DNA of 64,000 nucleotides from Meyerozyma guilliermondii (Eukaryota): NCBI GenBank assembly GCA_051546255.1, contig CP128821.1, positions 744,001 to 808,000 of the forward strand, read 5' to 3'. Shown piece by piece: positions 10,095 to 19,548 of this stretch (position 1 is its first letter; each line of letters starts with the position of its first letter). The notes under the pieces were generated by a model. It saw only the letters and a program-made list of their open reading frames with translations, ran no database searches and was not told where the DNA came from. The position numbers and the translations under genes were made by a program.

Positions 10095-10578
10095 GGCTTC
10101 CTAGTAAGGGATACAAACAGCTCTTCCTAATAGAAATACAATAGCTGTCAGATTACATAATTTCATGCACACCGCTGCAAGTGAAGATAATGGACCTTCT
10201 GAGAAATCAAGCTGCTTAGATAAGCCCAGACGAACGTATTTTCTACAAGTGCTGGACCTATATCTCTTTCGAGAGGTATAAATAATATTGAGGACAGAAT
10301 GTTACTGTCTTGAGCAGCTGACTGTCTAAGCCTATAGAGGCTTTGGCAAAGCTTGAGCAAGTTCTAATTAGTTATCCTCATTGAGACTTTTAATGGACTA
10401 AATTGGAAACGTCGCTTCAGGCGATGCGTCATCCGCCTCAACCTGAAAGCTATAATAAGGGCTCATGAAATCCCTGGGCTTCAACAATTGACTTAGAAGT
10501 ATCTAGCAGTTAATTCCACCACAGCTTTGTGTTACCAAACTTAGAAATCGATTATGTCAGAACAAGTAGGATTTCAAC

Positions 10579-10850
10579 AAATCCCGGGGCGCATTTCATT
10601 ATAGGTAAGAGCGAATGGTTATAGAACATTTGCGAAATCGCATCAGGACCTAGCCGAAATTCACTTTTCCATTTTGCGAAATCTGAGCCATATATATACG
10701 AAATGATTATGAAATACTTCGAATTTGCTAAAAAGTATTAACGAATTCATCAACGTTTCACGCGCGAAATTGAATAGCTGCGCCAGCGAATTTGTTCGTC
10801 AACTGTGAAAAAGCGATATTTTCCGCGCGCAATCGAGATGAAAAACACTG
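10579..10850 (-). repeat. Right terminal inverted repeat (~272 bp)
   Basis: Reverse complement of 8966-9241; ends CACTG followed by TA. Confidence 0.95.
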
Positions 10851-11100
10851 TACCACCAACACATCCATCTAAAAGAGGAAACAATCCCCTCTGCATCACC
10901 CCACCTTTTTGCAGCAAATGGCTTGTTTGGCACATCCTTACACCCACACTAATCGGGCAACTCCATCCAATAATTGCGCCCGGCAAGTAAGCAACCCCAC
11001 ACTTACGCGCGGAGTTTGGATTCAAGGGTTTTGTTGAACCGAATACCCGGAAACATATTTTCCACGACAATTGTTGCTCAATTTAATATATACTGTTGCA

Positions 11101-13053
11101 ATGTCTGAAGTGCCCGAGAATCCTATTATCGTTGTTGGCGGTGGACTTGCTGGCTTATCTGCTGCACATCAAGCATACTTACGGGGTGCCAATGTGGTAC
11201 TTCTTGACAAGCAATCGTTTCTTAGTGGAAACAGTGGAAAGGCGACTTCTGGTATCAATGGAGCGTTAACAAGGACCCAAATAGACCTCTCAATCAAGGA
11301 CTCTGTACAACAATTTTATGAGGATACATTGAAGACAGCTAAAGATAGAGCCAATCCAGATTTGATCAAGGTTTTGACTTACAATTCTGCTGATGCAGTA
11401 CACTGGCTCCAAGAAGTGTTTGACCTAGATCTCTCTGTGGTGTCGAGGTTAGGTGGCCATTCACAACCTCGTACTCACAGAGGTAAAGATGCCAAATTCC
11501 CTGGCATGGCTATCACCTACAGATTACTTGAGCAACTTGAAAACTTGGCCGAGTCGGAGCCCAATAGGGTCATGATCTTAAAGCGTTGTCAAGTTGTTGA
11601 TTTGGTTAAGGAAGAAGGCTCCGACTTTTCAATTCGTGGAGTGAAATACAAGAACCTTGATAACAAAGAGAAACACGAGTTATTGGGCCCAGTGATCTTA
11701 GCCACTGGTGGCTATGCTGCAGATTTCACTAAAAACTCGTTGCTCCGCAAATACAGACCAGATATTATCGACTTGCCATCAACTAACGGAAATCATGCTA
11801 CTGGAGATGGCCAAAAAATTGTCATGAAGAACAAAGGAGTGGGAATTGACATGGATAAGGTCCAGGTGCATCCTACCGGCTTGATTGATTTGAATGACAA
11901 AGATGTCATAAGTGGTAAAAAGTCTCCCAGGTTTCTCTTTCTCGGTGCTGAAGCCCTTAGAGGAGAAGGAGGGATCATCTTCAACAACCAAGGTGAAAGA
12001 TTTGTGGACGAGCTTGGAACCAGAGATTACGTTTCTGGCGAAATGGAAAAGCAAATCAAGGCTGGCAATGGCCCATTAAGATTGGTGTTGAGCACAAAGA
12101 GTGAGAAGCAATTGCTGTTCCACATCAAGCACTACACGCAAAGAAATCTTATGAAAAAGATCACTGGCAAACAATTAGCGGAAGAAATTGGCTGTTCCCA
12201 AGACACCTTACAAGCTCAAATTGACGAATACAACAAGGCAGCGAAAGGTGAGGTAGAAGACAAGTTCGGAAAGAAGTTTTTCCCAACTACGCCTTTCGAA
12301 TTCGGACCTGACAAGGAATTCTATGTGTCGTTCATTACGAGAGTTTTACACTTCACAATGGGTGGTGTCAAGATTGATGATAAGACTCATGTTCTTTACC
12401 AAGAGGGAGACGAATTTAAGCCATTTGATGGTCTTTACGCCTGTGGTGAGGTTGCAGGTGGAGTTCATGGACACAATAGGTTGGGAGGATCTTCGTTGTT
12501 GGCGTGCGTAGTGTATGGTCGAGTTGCTGCCGATCAAGCTACCAACTTTTTTATGCAAAAATTAACTTCCAGATCTCCACAGAACGCCGCAGTCAACAGA
12601 TTGCAACAGATTAGTTTTCATATTGACCCAAACCATCCCCAACGAGTTGTTATTGATTGGGGAAACAAGGATGGAAGTGGAGAAAGTGAGAATGAAGATC
12701 AGGGCAAGAAACAGAGCCAGAACTCTCAAAGCAAATCAGGCTCATCCCCAGCTCAGTCTAAGCCCAAGGAACTGATAAGCCAATTCAAAATCCCAGACAA
12801 GGAGTTCACGGAGGAAGAAGTTGCAAAGCACAACAAAAAAGAGAACTGCTGGTGTATCGTTAAAAATGTTGTTCTTGACTTAACGTCCTTCTTGGACAAC
12901 CACCCAGGAGGCGCCGAATCGATTTTGAATTTTGCTGGAAAGGACGCAACTGAAAGTTTTGACATGCTTCATGAGGACAACGTTGTCGTCAGGTATGCTA
13001 AGGAGTGTGTTTTAGGTAGGCTTAAAGGAAAAACACCAGCATTGGAGTTTTAG
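11101..13053 (+). CDS. OSM2: FAD-dependent fumarate reductase (Osm1/Frd1 family) with a C-terminal cytochrome b5 domain
   Basis: VVGGGLAG Rossmann motif, KATSGING, LGGHSQPRTHR, VQVHPTG, EALRGEGG, HFTMGG, HGHNRLGGSSL; C-terminal HPGG b5 domain; ATG at 11101. Confidence 0.9.
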   Translation: MSEVPENPIIVVGGGLAGLSAAHQAYLRGANVVLLDKQSFLSGNSGKATSGINGALTRTQIDLSIKDSVQQFYEDTLKTAKDRANPDLIKVLTYNSADAVHWLQEVFDLDLSVVSRLGGHSQPRTHRGKDAKFPGMAITYRLLEQLENLAESEPNRVMILKRCQVVDLVKEEGSDFSIRGVKYKNLDNKEKHELLGPVILATGGYAADFTKNSLLRKYRPDIIDLPSTNGNHATGDGQKIVMKNKGVGIDMDKVQVHPTGLIDLNDKDVISGKKSPRFLFLGAEALRGEGGIIFNNQGERFVDELGTRDYVSGEMEKQIKAGNGPLRLVLSTKSEKQLLFHIKHYTQRNLMKKITGKQLAEEIGCSQDTLQAQIDEYNKAAKGEVEDKFGKKFFPTTPFEFGPDKEFYVSFITRVLHFTMGGVKIDDKTHVLYQEGDEFKPFDGLYACGEVAGGVHGHNRLGGSSLLACVVYGRVAADQATNFFMQKLTSRSPQNAAVNRLQQISFHIDPNHPQRVVIDWGNKDGSGESENEDQGKKQSQNSQSKSGSSPAQSKPKELISQFKIPDKEFTEEEVAKHNKKENCWCIVKNVVLDLTSFLDNHPGGAESILNFAGKDATESFDMLHEDNVVVRYAKECVLGRLKGKTPALEF

Positions 13054-13156
13054 ATTATGAATACATGAAACTTGAGATAAATCTAGAGAGAACTTTGAGA
13101 ATACAATATTCTTTTCATATACAAATTTTGATCCAAGAAAAGAAAGTCTAACCTAT

Positions 13157-14544
13157 TTAGAAACACTTGTGGTGAACAATAGAAGGTCCGGACTCGTCGT
13201 ATTCTTGCTTCGAGATCCACATTTGTTGGAAAGTGGACAAGGAAGCCAAAATAGAACCACCAATCCAGACAGAGTACTTTCTCTCAGGAGGAGCGATGAT
13301 CTTAACCTTCATCGAAGATGGAGCCAAGGCAGTAATCTCCTTTTGCATACGTTCAGCAATACCTGGGAACATAGTAGTACCACCAGACATGACAATGTTA
13401 CCGTACAACTCCTTACGAACATCAAGGTCACACTTGATGATCGAGTTGTAGGTGGTTTGGTCAATACCAGCGGCTTCCAATCCCAAGTCGGAAGGACGGA
13501 ACAAAGCTTCAACAGCTCTGAATCTCTCGTTACCGATGGTGATGACTTGACCATCGGGCAACTCGTAAGACTTCTCGATGGCGGAAGATTGAGACGAAGT
13601 TTGCATTTCTTGTTCGAAATCCAAGGCGACGTAACACAACTTCTCCTTGATATCACGAACGATTTCTCTCTCAGCAGTGGTGGTGAAAGTGTAACCACGC
13701 TCGGACAAGATCTTCATCAAGTAGTCAGTCAAGTCACGACCAGCCAAGTCAAGTCTTAAGATACCGTGAGGCAAGGAGAAACCGGCGTAGATTGGAACCA
13801 CGTGAGTAACACCATCACCGGAATCCAAAACAATACCGGTGGTTCTACCAGAGGAGTACAAAGACAACACAGCCTGGATGTTAACGTAGAAGGCAGGAAC
13901 GTTGAAAGTCTCAAACATAATTTGAGTCATCTTTTCTCTGTTCAACTTGGGGTTCATTGGAGCCTCGGTCAACAAGACAGGGTGCTCTTCTGGGGCAACT
14001 CTCAACTCGTTGTAGAAAGTGTGGTGCCAGATTTTTTCCATATCATCCCAGTTCTTGACGATACCGTGTTCAATAGGGTATCTCAAGGTCAAGATACCTC
14101 TCTTGGACTGGGCTTCGTCACCAACATAGGAGTCTCTTTGACCCATACCGACCATGATACCTTGATGTCTTGGTCTACCGACGATCGAAGGGAACACGGC
14201 ACGAGGAGCGTCATCACCGGCGAAACCGGCTTTACACATACCGGAACCGTTGTCAATGACCAAAGCAGCTACTTCTTCTGAATGTTAGTATGGGTGAAAA
14301 ATCAACGTTGATGTACTTATTAGCCGACGCTGGAGTTTATGTCAAGCTGAAAAGCGCGTTTATACACGAATTGGCATCAGATCTCTCGCAAAACTTCGAA
14401 AGATCAAGACGGCAAGCGCAGTTCGACGTTGAATAGCCGACGACGTAAAATGGCAAACAAACAAACATGAACAATCCATCAACGGGATACAAAAAGTCAC
14501 GCAATTGCGTCAATAATCAGCGGAATTTACATACCTCCGTCCAT
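13157..14544 (-). CDS. ACT1: Actin, two exons: 14544-14535 and 14277-13157
   Basis: Exon 1 ATGGACGGAG, intron GTATGT...TACTAACATTCAG, spliced start [21 protein letters not shown]; ends HHKCF. Confidence 0.98.
14278..14534 (-). other. Spliceosomal intron of ACT1 (257 bp)
   Basis: 5' GTATGT, branchpoint TACTAAC at 14290-14284, 3' CAG at 14280-14278. Confidence 0.95.
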
Positions 14545-15166
14545 TTTGCTATACTATATTAATACCTAGTCAAAAGTAAATTTTTCGAAAGGGGTGAGCG
14601 CTGGTATCAAACAACGAGGCAGAAACGACCCAACCAGGGATTACCCGGCAATCGCGTCCCGGTGTGTGCAGGGAGATTGCTATTGTGTGCACGCCGGATC
14701 ACTCATGTGCCGGATTCGTCTAGTGAAAGTGAATCGGAGATGACTATGTACAGGATTCACCGCGCGGAGACCGGCGGCAACGAGGCGCGGAAATCGACTC
14801 TAGGTGACCATTTCTGTGCGTGAGAGCTGTCGCAGCATCTGTGCAGGTGCCAAGCGAGCCTAGTCGCACAACAGACTGTTGGCTTATAACCGCATTGGGT
14901 AACCGTCAAGAGCGGGTCATCTTACATAAGCGCAAGTTCACTGTCAATGGGACATGAAAGTAACAACTGGATAGTTTGCTAGGATTCGGATGATCGGGAA
15001 TACGTAGATGTAGTGGATCGCAACATGAAGGTGTTACAAAACGTATATTGAAGATAATTTTTTATAATTTTTTTTATATAGCCCGACCTCGTCGTCTTTG
15101 TGTCACTTTCTCATTACAACTCAAGTCATTTCAGTTTGATTTCCGTGCACAAAAGAGTTTACAACA

Positions 15167-15618
15167 ATGTCTTCTTCAGTTCCCTACGACCCATACATCC
15201 CAAACCAAACCACCGGCGAGCAGTCCAACTCCAGGACTGCTGCTATCCAAGCCGTAAGTACTATATTTGAGCACCAGTGGCACTTTAAAGGGGGCAAAAT
15301 TGATCCAAGATGGATGAAAGAACACGAAATTTTCAGGGTTTTCGATGATTTTTACATATACTAACTCAGCAAATTGACGATACCGTTGGAATCATGAGAG
15401 ATAACATCAATAAAGTTGCGGAACGTGGAGAAAGATTGGACTCGATCGAGAATAAAACCGACAACTTGGCCATAAGTGCTCAAGGATTCAGAAGAGGAGC
15501 TAATCGTGTAAGAAAAGATATGTGGTGGAAGGATATGAAGATGAGAATGTGTCTTATTTTGGTGGTGATCATTTTGTTAATTGTTATTATTGTGCCAATT
15601 GCTGTGCACTTTTCTTGA
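15167..15618 (+). CDS. SNC2: v-SNARE synaptobrevin (Snc1/2), two exons: 15167-15253 and 15370-15618
   Basis: Spliced product [10 protein letters not shown]...[30 protein letters not shown]...MWWKDMKMR + TM helix. Confidence 0.93.
15254..15369 (+). other. Spliceosomal intron of SNC (116 bp)
   Basis: GTAAGT donor, TACTAAC at 15359-15365, then TCAG; removal joins the two halves in frame. Confidence 0.92.
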
Positions 15619-15872
15619 TGTATGTTTAATGAATACGTAAGTGCAAAGTGTAGTAAAGAAGGAAAAAAGCGAGTGGAATAAAGGGAGTGAAAACGAGGGA
15701 GAGAGAGAACGAAGAAGTGTTGTAGGTAATTGGTGATAAGGTCGAGCTGGCTAGCTACTATTTTTAGTTTCGTTCTTTCGTCGCAACCATTGTTCAGTTG
15801 CGACTCACATATGAGACCTTTCTACGTTATGAAAGCTAAAAGTACATTTCTGATTTGCTAGTTCCTAGTTTC

Positions 15873-16397
15873 CTAGTTCTCCTCCAATGTGCTCTCGTAT
15901 TGAGCCTCTGTCAACAAATCATCAGACTCAATAGCACTAGGCTCACTCAACTTGATTTGTGCAATCCATGCATCTCCCATTGGGTGCTCATTGATCAACA
16001 GAGGGTTCGACTCCAACGCCTCGTTGATAGCAATAACCTCTCCAGCAACCGGGGAGTAGATTTCAGAAGCAGATTTGACCGATTCAACGGAACCAATCGA
16101 TTCTCCAACATCGACTTCCTGGCCAACTTCTGGCAATTCCACAAAAGTGGCATCTCCAAGAGCTTCAGCAGCGTAGGTGGTGATACCAATGAACGCGGTG
16201 TCGTCCTCATGGACAGCTATCCACTCGTGCTCGGCGGTATACTTGACGGCTTTGGGTCCTTCCTGAAGGTACTTGAACACATGAGATTGAGTGTTGATCT
16301 TGAAGTTGCTAGAGTTGTATCTGACAAACGAACCAAAGGCGGGGGCCCTTGGGAGAAAGGTTCTGGCAGCAGCAGGTCTCAATAACGATCTCAACAT
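15873..16397 (-). CDS. GCV3: Glycine cleavage system H protein, mitochondrial
   Basis: Presequence-like N-terminus; YTAEHEWI, LGDATFVELP, lipoyl motif SVESVKSASEIYSPV. Confidence 0.95.
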   Translation of the reverse strand: MLRSLLRPAAARTFLPRAPAFGSFVRYNSSNFKINTQSHVFKYLQEGPKAVKYTAEHEWIAVHEDDTAFIGITTYAAEALGDATFVELPEVGQEVDVGESIGSVESVKSASEIYSPVAGEVIAINEALESNPLLINEHPMGDAWIAQIKLSEPSAIESDDLLTEAQYESTLEEN

Positions 16398-16607
16398 GAT
16401 ATTTGATATAGGAAAAGAAAAAGGTTGATGCTCACTGGCGTGGAGAGAGTCGCACGGCCGAGTCTGTCACGTGAATGACTCGCGCCAGACCAGAGATAGA
16501 CAGTACGATTTAAAGTAGGACCAAAGTCAATAAGGATTATACTTTCGTGGTAATTGAGTTAAATAAACCACGCTACTTACTGTAATTACCACGCTTACCG
16601 TAATTTA

Positions 16608-18431
16608 TTAGTACAACAAAACTCTTCTCTCATTAGGCTTACTGGTCAACATATAGTCCTTAAAATCAGTGGCAGCTCTCAAGTCTTTTAATTGCAATTG
16701 ATGACGTTTCGTGGCTGCTTCGGTGGCATGGAACCTCTTGGACACCAACTTGTTTGTTTCTACACATTTCTGGTCGTCTTCAAGCACAGTGTCAATAATG
16801 ACATTTTCCACTTTGCACCCACTGGACTCGTCGGTTCCAACCCAGAGTCGAAGATTTTTTCTATACTTGAACCCCTTGACGTAGGATTTGTCCATCTCAG
16901 GGTACTCGCTCTTCAACAACACCTCAAAGTTGTTGGGGACATAAGCCACTTCGTTTTCAAGTTTGGTAGGAACCAATGGATTGATTTGTCCCAATCTATA
17001 GAAGTGGTAATTTTTGTCGTAGATCACCTGTTCACCTTCAGCCAGAGCCTTGAGTAATTCTTGCTTTTCAAAAGGACTCAATTCTCCTTCTTTGGCCTTT
17101 AATTTTTCAGCCTCAGTTACCAGCATCGAAGAAACCGCAGTTATGTCAATCAAGATACCAGTATTAATATCAATAAATCTGGCATCGATTAAATTCTTGC
17201 TGTTTCCTCTACCACGAGCACCAAAGTATGGTCCAATGTCCAAGTAGAAACTGTTGTATACTCCACTGTCTGCATCAGTGTAATCCAAAATAACGGTGTT
17301 GTTGTAGCCTTGAATCAACTTCAACAATCCACCAACAGAAATTTGCATGTCGATATCACTGTCGTATGGTAAGTGCAATCCGTTCCAGTACCACCCGATC
17401 AATGAACCGTGTGAAACCCAGGTGTCAATGTGGGCGATTTTGGTGGTGAAATGTAGCCATGCTCTCATCAACCGGTGCAAGATTTCCGACTTGACATTGA
17501 AATCAAGGGCCTTTTTCGAGTCGAAAAAACGCCAATCCATGTGACTAGCCATGGGAACGTCCATCGTATATGCTTCTGTAAAGTATTTTGGAATGTCATT
17601 GCCCAATTTTTCAGTAGCAGCATGAATCTTGGCTATCTTTGAGTTCGCAGGAAAAAGTTGCAATGTCTCTTCAAAGTCAAACTGCTTCTCGTCAATGTAC
17701 TTGGAAGCAAACTGCGAGTATTTGGGGTCCAAAACTTGAAACGCTTCGTCAGAAGGAAACAGGTCCTCAGCCGATTTTTTGGAATTTTTCGCAACCAAAC
17801 CTTGAAGCAGACTGACGACGTTTTCGATGGAAGCACCTTTCAGCTTAATTTTCTGCGGATTAGGGTCAACGGGAAACTTATAGGAACTGTCCTTGGTCAA
17901 CAAAACAACACTATCGGGATTGGTGTAGGTTTTGGACATATGTATTGTCTTCATAACCGTTCTGAACTCGGGGTACAAGTAGAGAAGAATGTTCTGTTTC
18001 ACCACAATAGGAACTTCTCTGTCTGTGGGATCTTCAACACAATTGAAAGGAGTATTAGTAGGTTTCCCGATAAGGCCAGCCAACTTTACACAATTCAACT
18101 CAGCATAAAACTTTTTTTTAGCTTCGATTTCTTTATCGAGAGACAAAAATTGCTTCCAGGAAAAAGGAATTTTCATATCTTGGGGCACTTCGTTACCATT
18201 GGCATTGATTTTGGAGCGAACTTCTTCCAACAAATTGGCAGCATATTTGATTGTGCCATCATCAGTGTCAATTGGCGCAATTGGTTTGGAAGATCCAAAG
18301 GAAATATGGGTCGTTCCTACAAAGAAGTAAAGTCCCACAAGACAAGCCACCAAAATGAATAGCCTCGGGCTATATACCTTGCGCAAGTTCCGCTTGATGG
18401 TAAAAGTGTTTAGGGGTTTTTTATCTTTCAT
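16608..18431 (-). CDS. LicD/Mnn4-family mannosylphosphate transferase-like type II membrane protein
   Basis: N-terminal TM; HMDWRFF, WVSHGSLIGWYWNG..PYDSDIDMQ, IDARFIDINTGILIDIT (LicD/fukutin-like core); ATG taken at 18431. Confidence 0.85.
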   Translation of the reverse strand: MKDKKPLNTFTIKRNLRKVYSPRLFILVACLVGLYFFVGTTHISFGSSKPIAPIDTDDGTIKYAANLLEEVRSKINANGNEVPQDMKIPFSWKQFLSLDKEIEAKKKFYAELNCVKLAGLIGKPTNTPFNCVEDPTDREVPIVVKQNILLYLYPEFRTVMKTIHMSKTYTNPDSVVLLTKDSSYKFPVDPNPQKIKLKGASIENVVSLLQGLVAKNSKKSAEDLFPSDEAFQVLDPKYSQFASKYIDEKQFDFEETLQLFPANSKIAKIHAATEKLGNDIPKYFTEAYTMDVPMASHMDWRFFDSKKALDFNVKSEILHRLMRAWLHFTTKIAHIDTWVSHGSLIGWYWNGLHLPYDSDIDMQISVGGLLKLIQGYNNTVILDYTDADSGVYNSFYLDIGPYFGARGRGNSKNLIDARFIDINTGILIDITAVSSMLVTEAEKLKAKEGELSPFEKQELLKALAEGEQVIYDKNYHFYRLGQINPLVPTKLENEVAYVPNNFEVLLKSEYPEMDKSYVKGFKYRKNLRLWVGTDESSGCKVENVIIDTVLEDDQKCVETNKLVSKRFHATEAATKRHQLQLKDLRAATDFKDYMLTSKPNERRVLLY

Positions 18432-19416
18432 CGCCAGTGCAAACAATACCTAGGAATACAACGATAGAAGAGATGAGTTCTGAACTAGTTCTGTCGGGCA
18501 AACGCATAAAATTACGGGGCGAGTGCATGCATATGCAAGACGAAATTCAGCGTAAGGCGTGTATTTTTCTTGCGACGAAACCAATGAATTTGTGTCTTCC
18601 GTTTACGCCGCCGTGCTCATTTACGAGAAATTAGCTATTGATTTGGGCTTAGGCGAATTCCGGATGTTCAAAGCGAATCGAACCATAATTTAGGATGAAC
18701 GCACCTGCATCGGTTTCGCTGTGTTCCAAGCCTTTGTGCGTGGAAATTTCTTGTGCATATTTCTCATGCATCTCACCGCACTGCTAATTGACAAATATAA
18801 GCGAGTTATGCTTATGAAATATTTATGAGGTACTGTCCCAGTCAGCAAGGCTAATTCTTCTTTAGTAGATTGTTTGTTCCCAGTTAATGCTAATTCAAGT
18901 TTCGACTTATCGTAATTACACACGTGACAGTATAATATTTTATGTGGTACTGCAGGAGGTATGCAGTCAAAAGTAGCTTCACCTTATCGTATAGTCTAAT
19001 TTCTTAAGACTTGACAAAATGTAAGAAACAAACTTTATCCATAGTCGGTCTAAAACTATTTCTTGGCAAAATAAGTCGACAGTAGCCCGAAGTAGCCCGA
19101 AAAGCCGTCTTGAAATTCGTCTTGGCTGCATCCAGTCGCCAAACTTTTGCGCACCCTATTCCATCCTGCATAATTTCAGCCTCTCGCCAGTCGTAAGTGA
19201 GGCTTTACCTGCAGGAGGACAATCGAGATCATGCAATCGGCCCCACACTTCTATATGCACGACACAAATGCAGCAATAATTTGCAGCCTTTGCAACCAGA
19301 TCAAAAAATACGTCAAATCACTTTTGAGCAAGTGCCAATAATTGCTGAGGGTAGAATCATAATCCGATAGTAGTGATACTCCCGCAACTCTACATTCTGC
19401 TAGCGTGGGGTGTGAC

Positions 19417-19458
19417 AGAAGTTTCTAGAAAATTCTAGATCATGCATACAGAAGGTTC
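19417..19458. promoter_or_regulatory. Heat-shock elements (Hsf1) upstream of HSP70
   Basis: Four alternating nGAAn units AGAAG TTTCT AGAAA ATTCT (19417-19436), plus GAAggTTC (19451-19458); TATATAAG near 19488-19495. Confidence 0.85.
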
Positions 19459-19548
19459 TAGTAATGGGTCTCCTGCAGCAACTGTAGTATATAAGCCCCA
19501 CCAGTATCCCCTCCCCTTCATTCACTACAAGAATTCTAATAGTAAATC

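Larger units (their letters stand above)
8966..10850. mobile_element. Non-autonomous TIR DNA transposon (Tc1/mariner-type, TA TSD), 1,885 bp, carrying a passenger gene
   Basis: TA|CAGTGTTTTTCATCTCGATT at the left (TA 8964-8965) and AATCGAGATGAAAAACACTG|TA at the right (TA 10851-10852); ~275-bp imperfect inverted repeats; no transposase ORF inside. Confidence 0.9.

Noticed and set aside
10163..10360. 65-aa ORF inside the element containing 'PALVENTFVWAYL', faintly like the Tc1 transposase motif SPDLNPIENVW
   Set aside because: Non-ATG start, spacing does not fit and no other DDE or HTH motif is nearby; cannot be called a transposase relic without a profile search.
18640..19110. AT-rich stretch and AGTAGCCCGA x2 direct repeat upstream of HSP70 as a possible solo LTR
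   Set aside because: No TG...CA boundaries with a flanking duplication could be identified.
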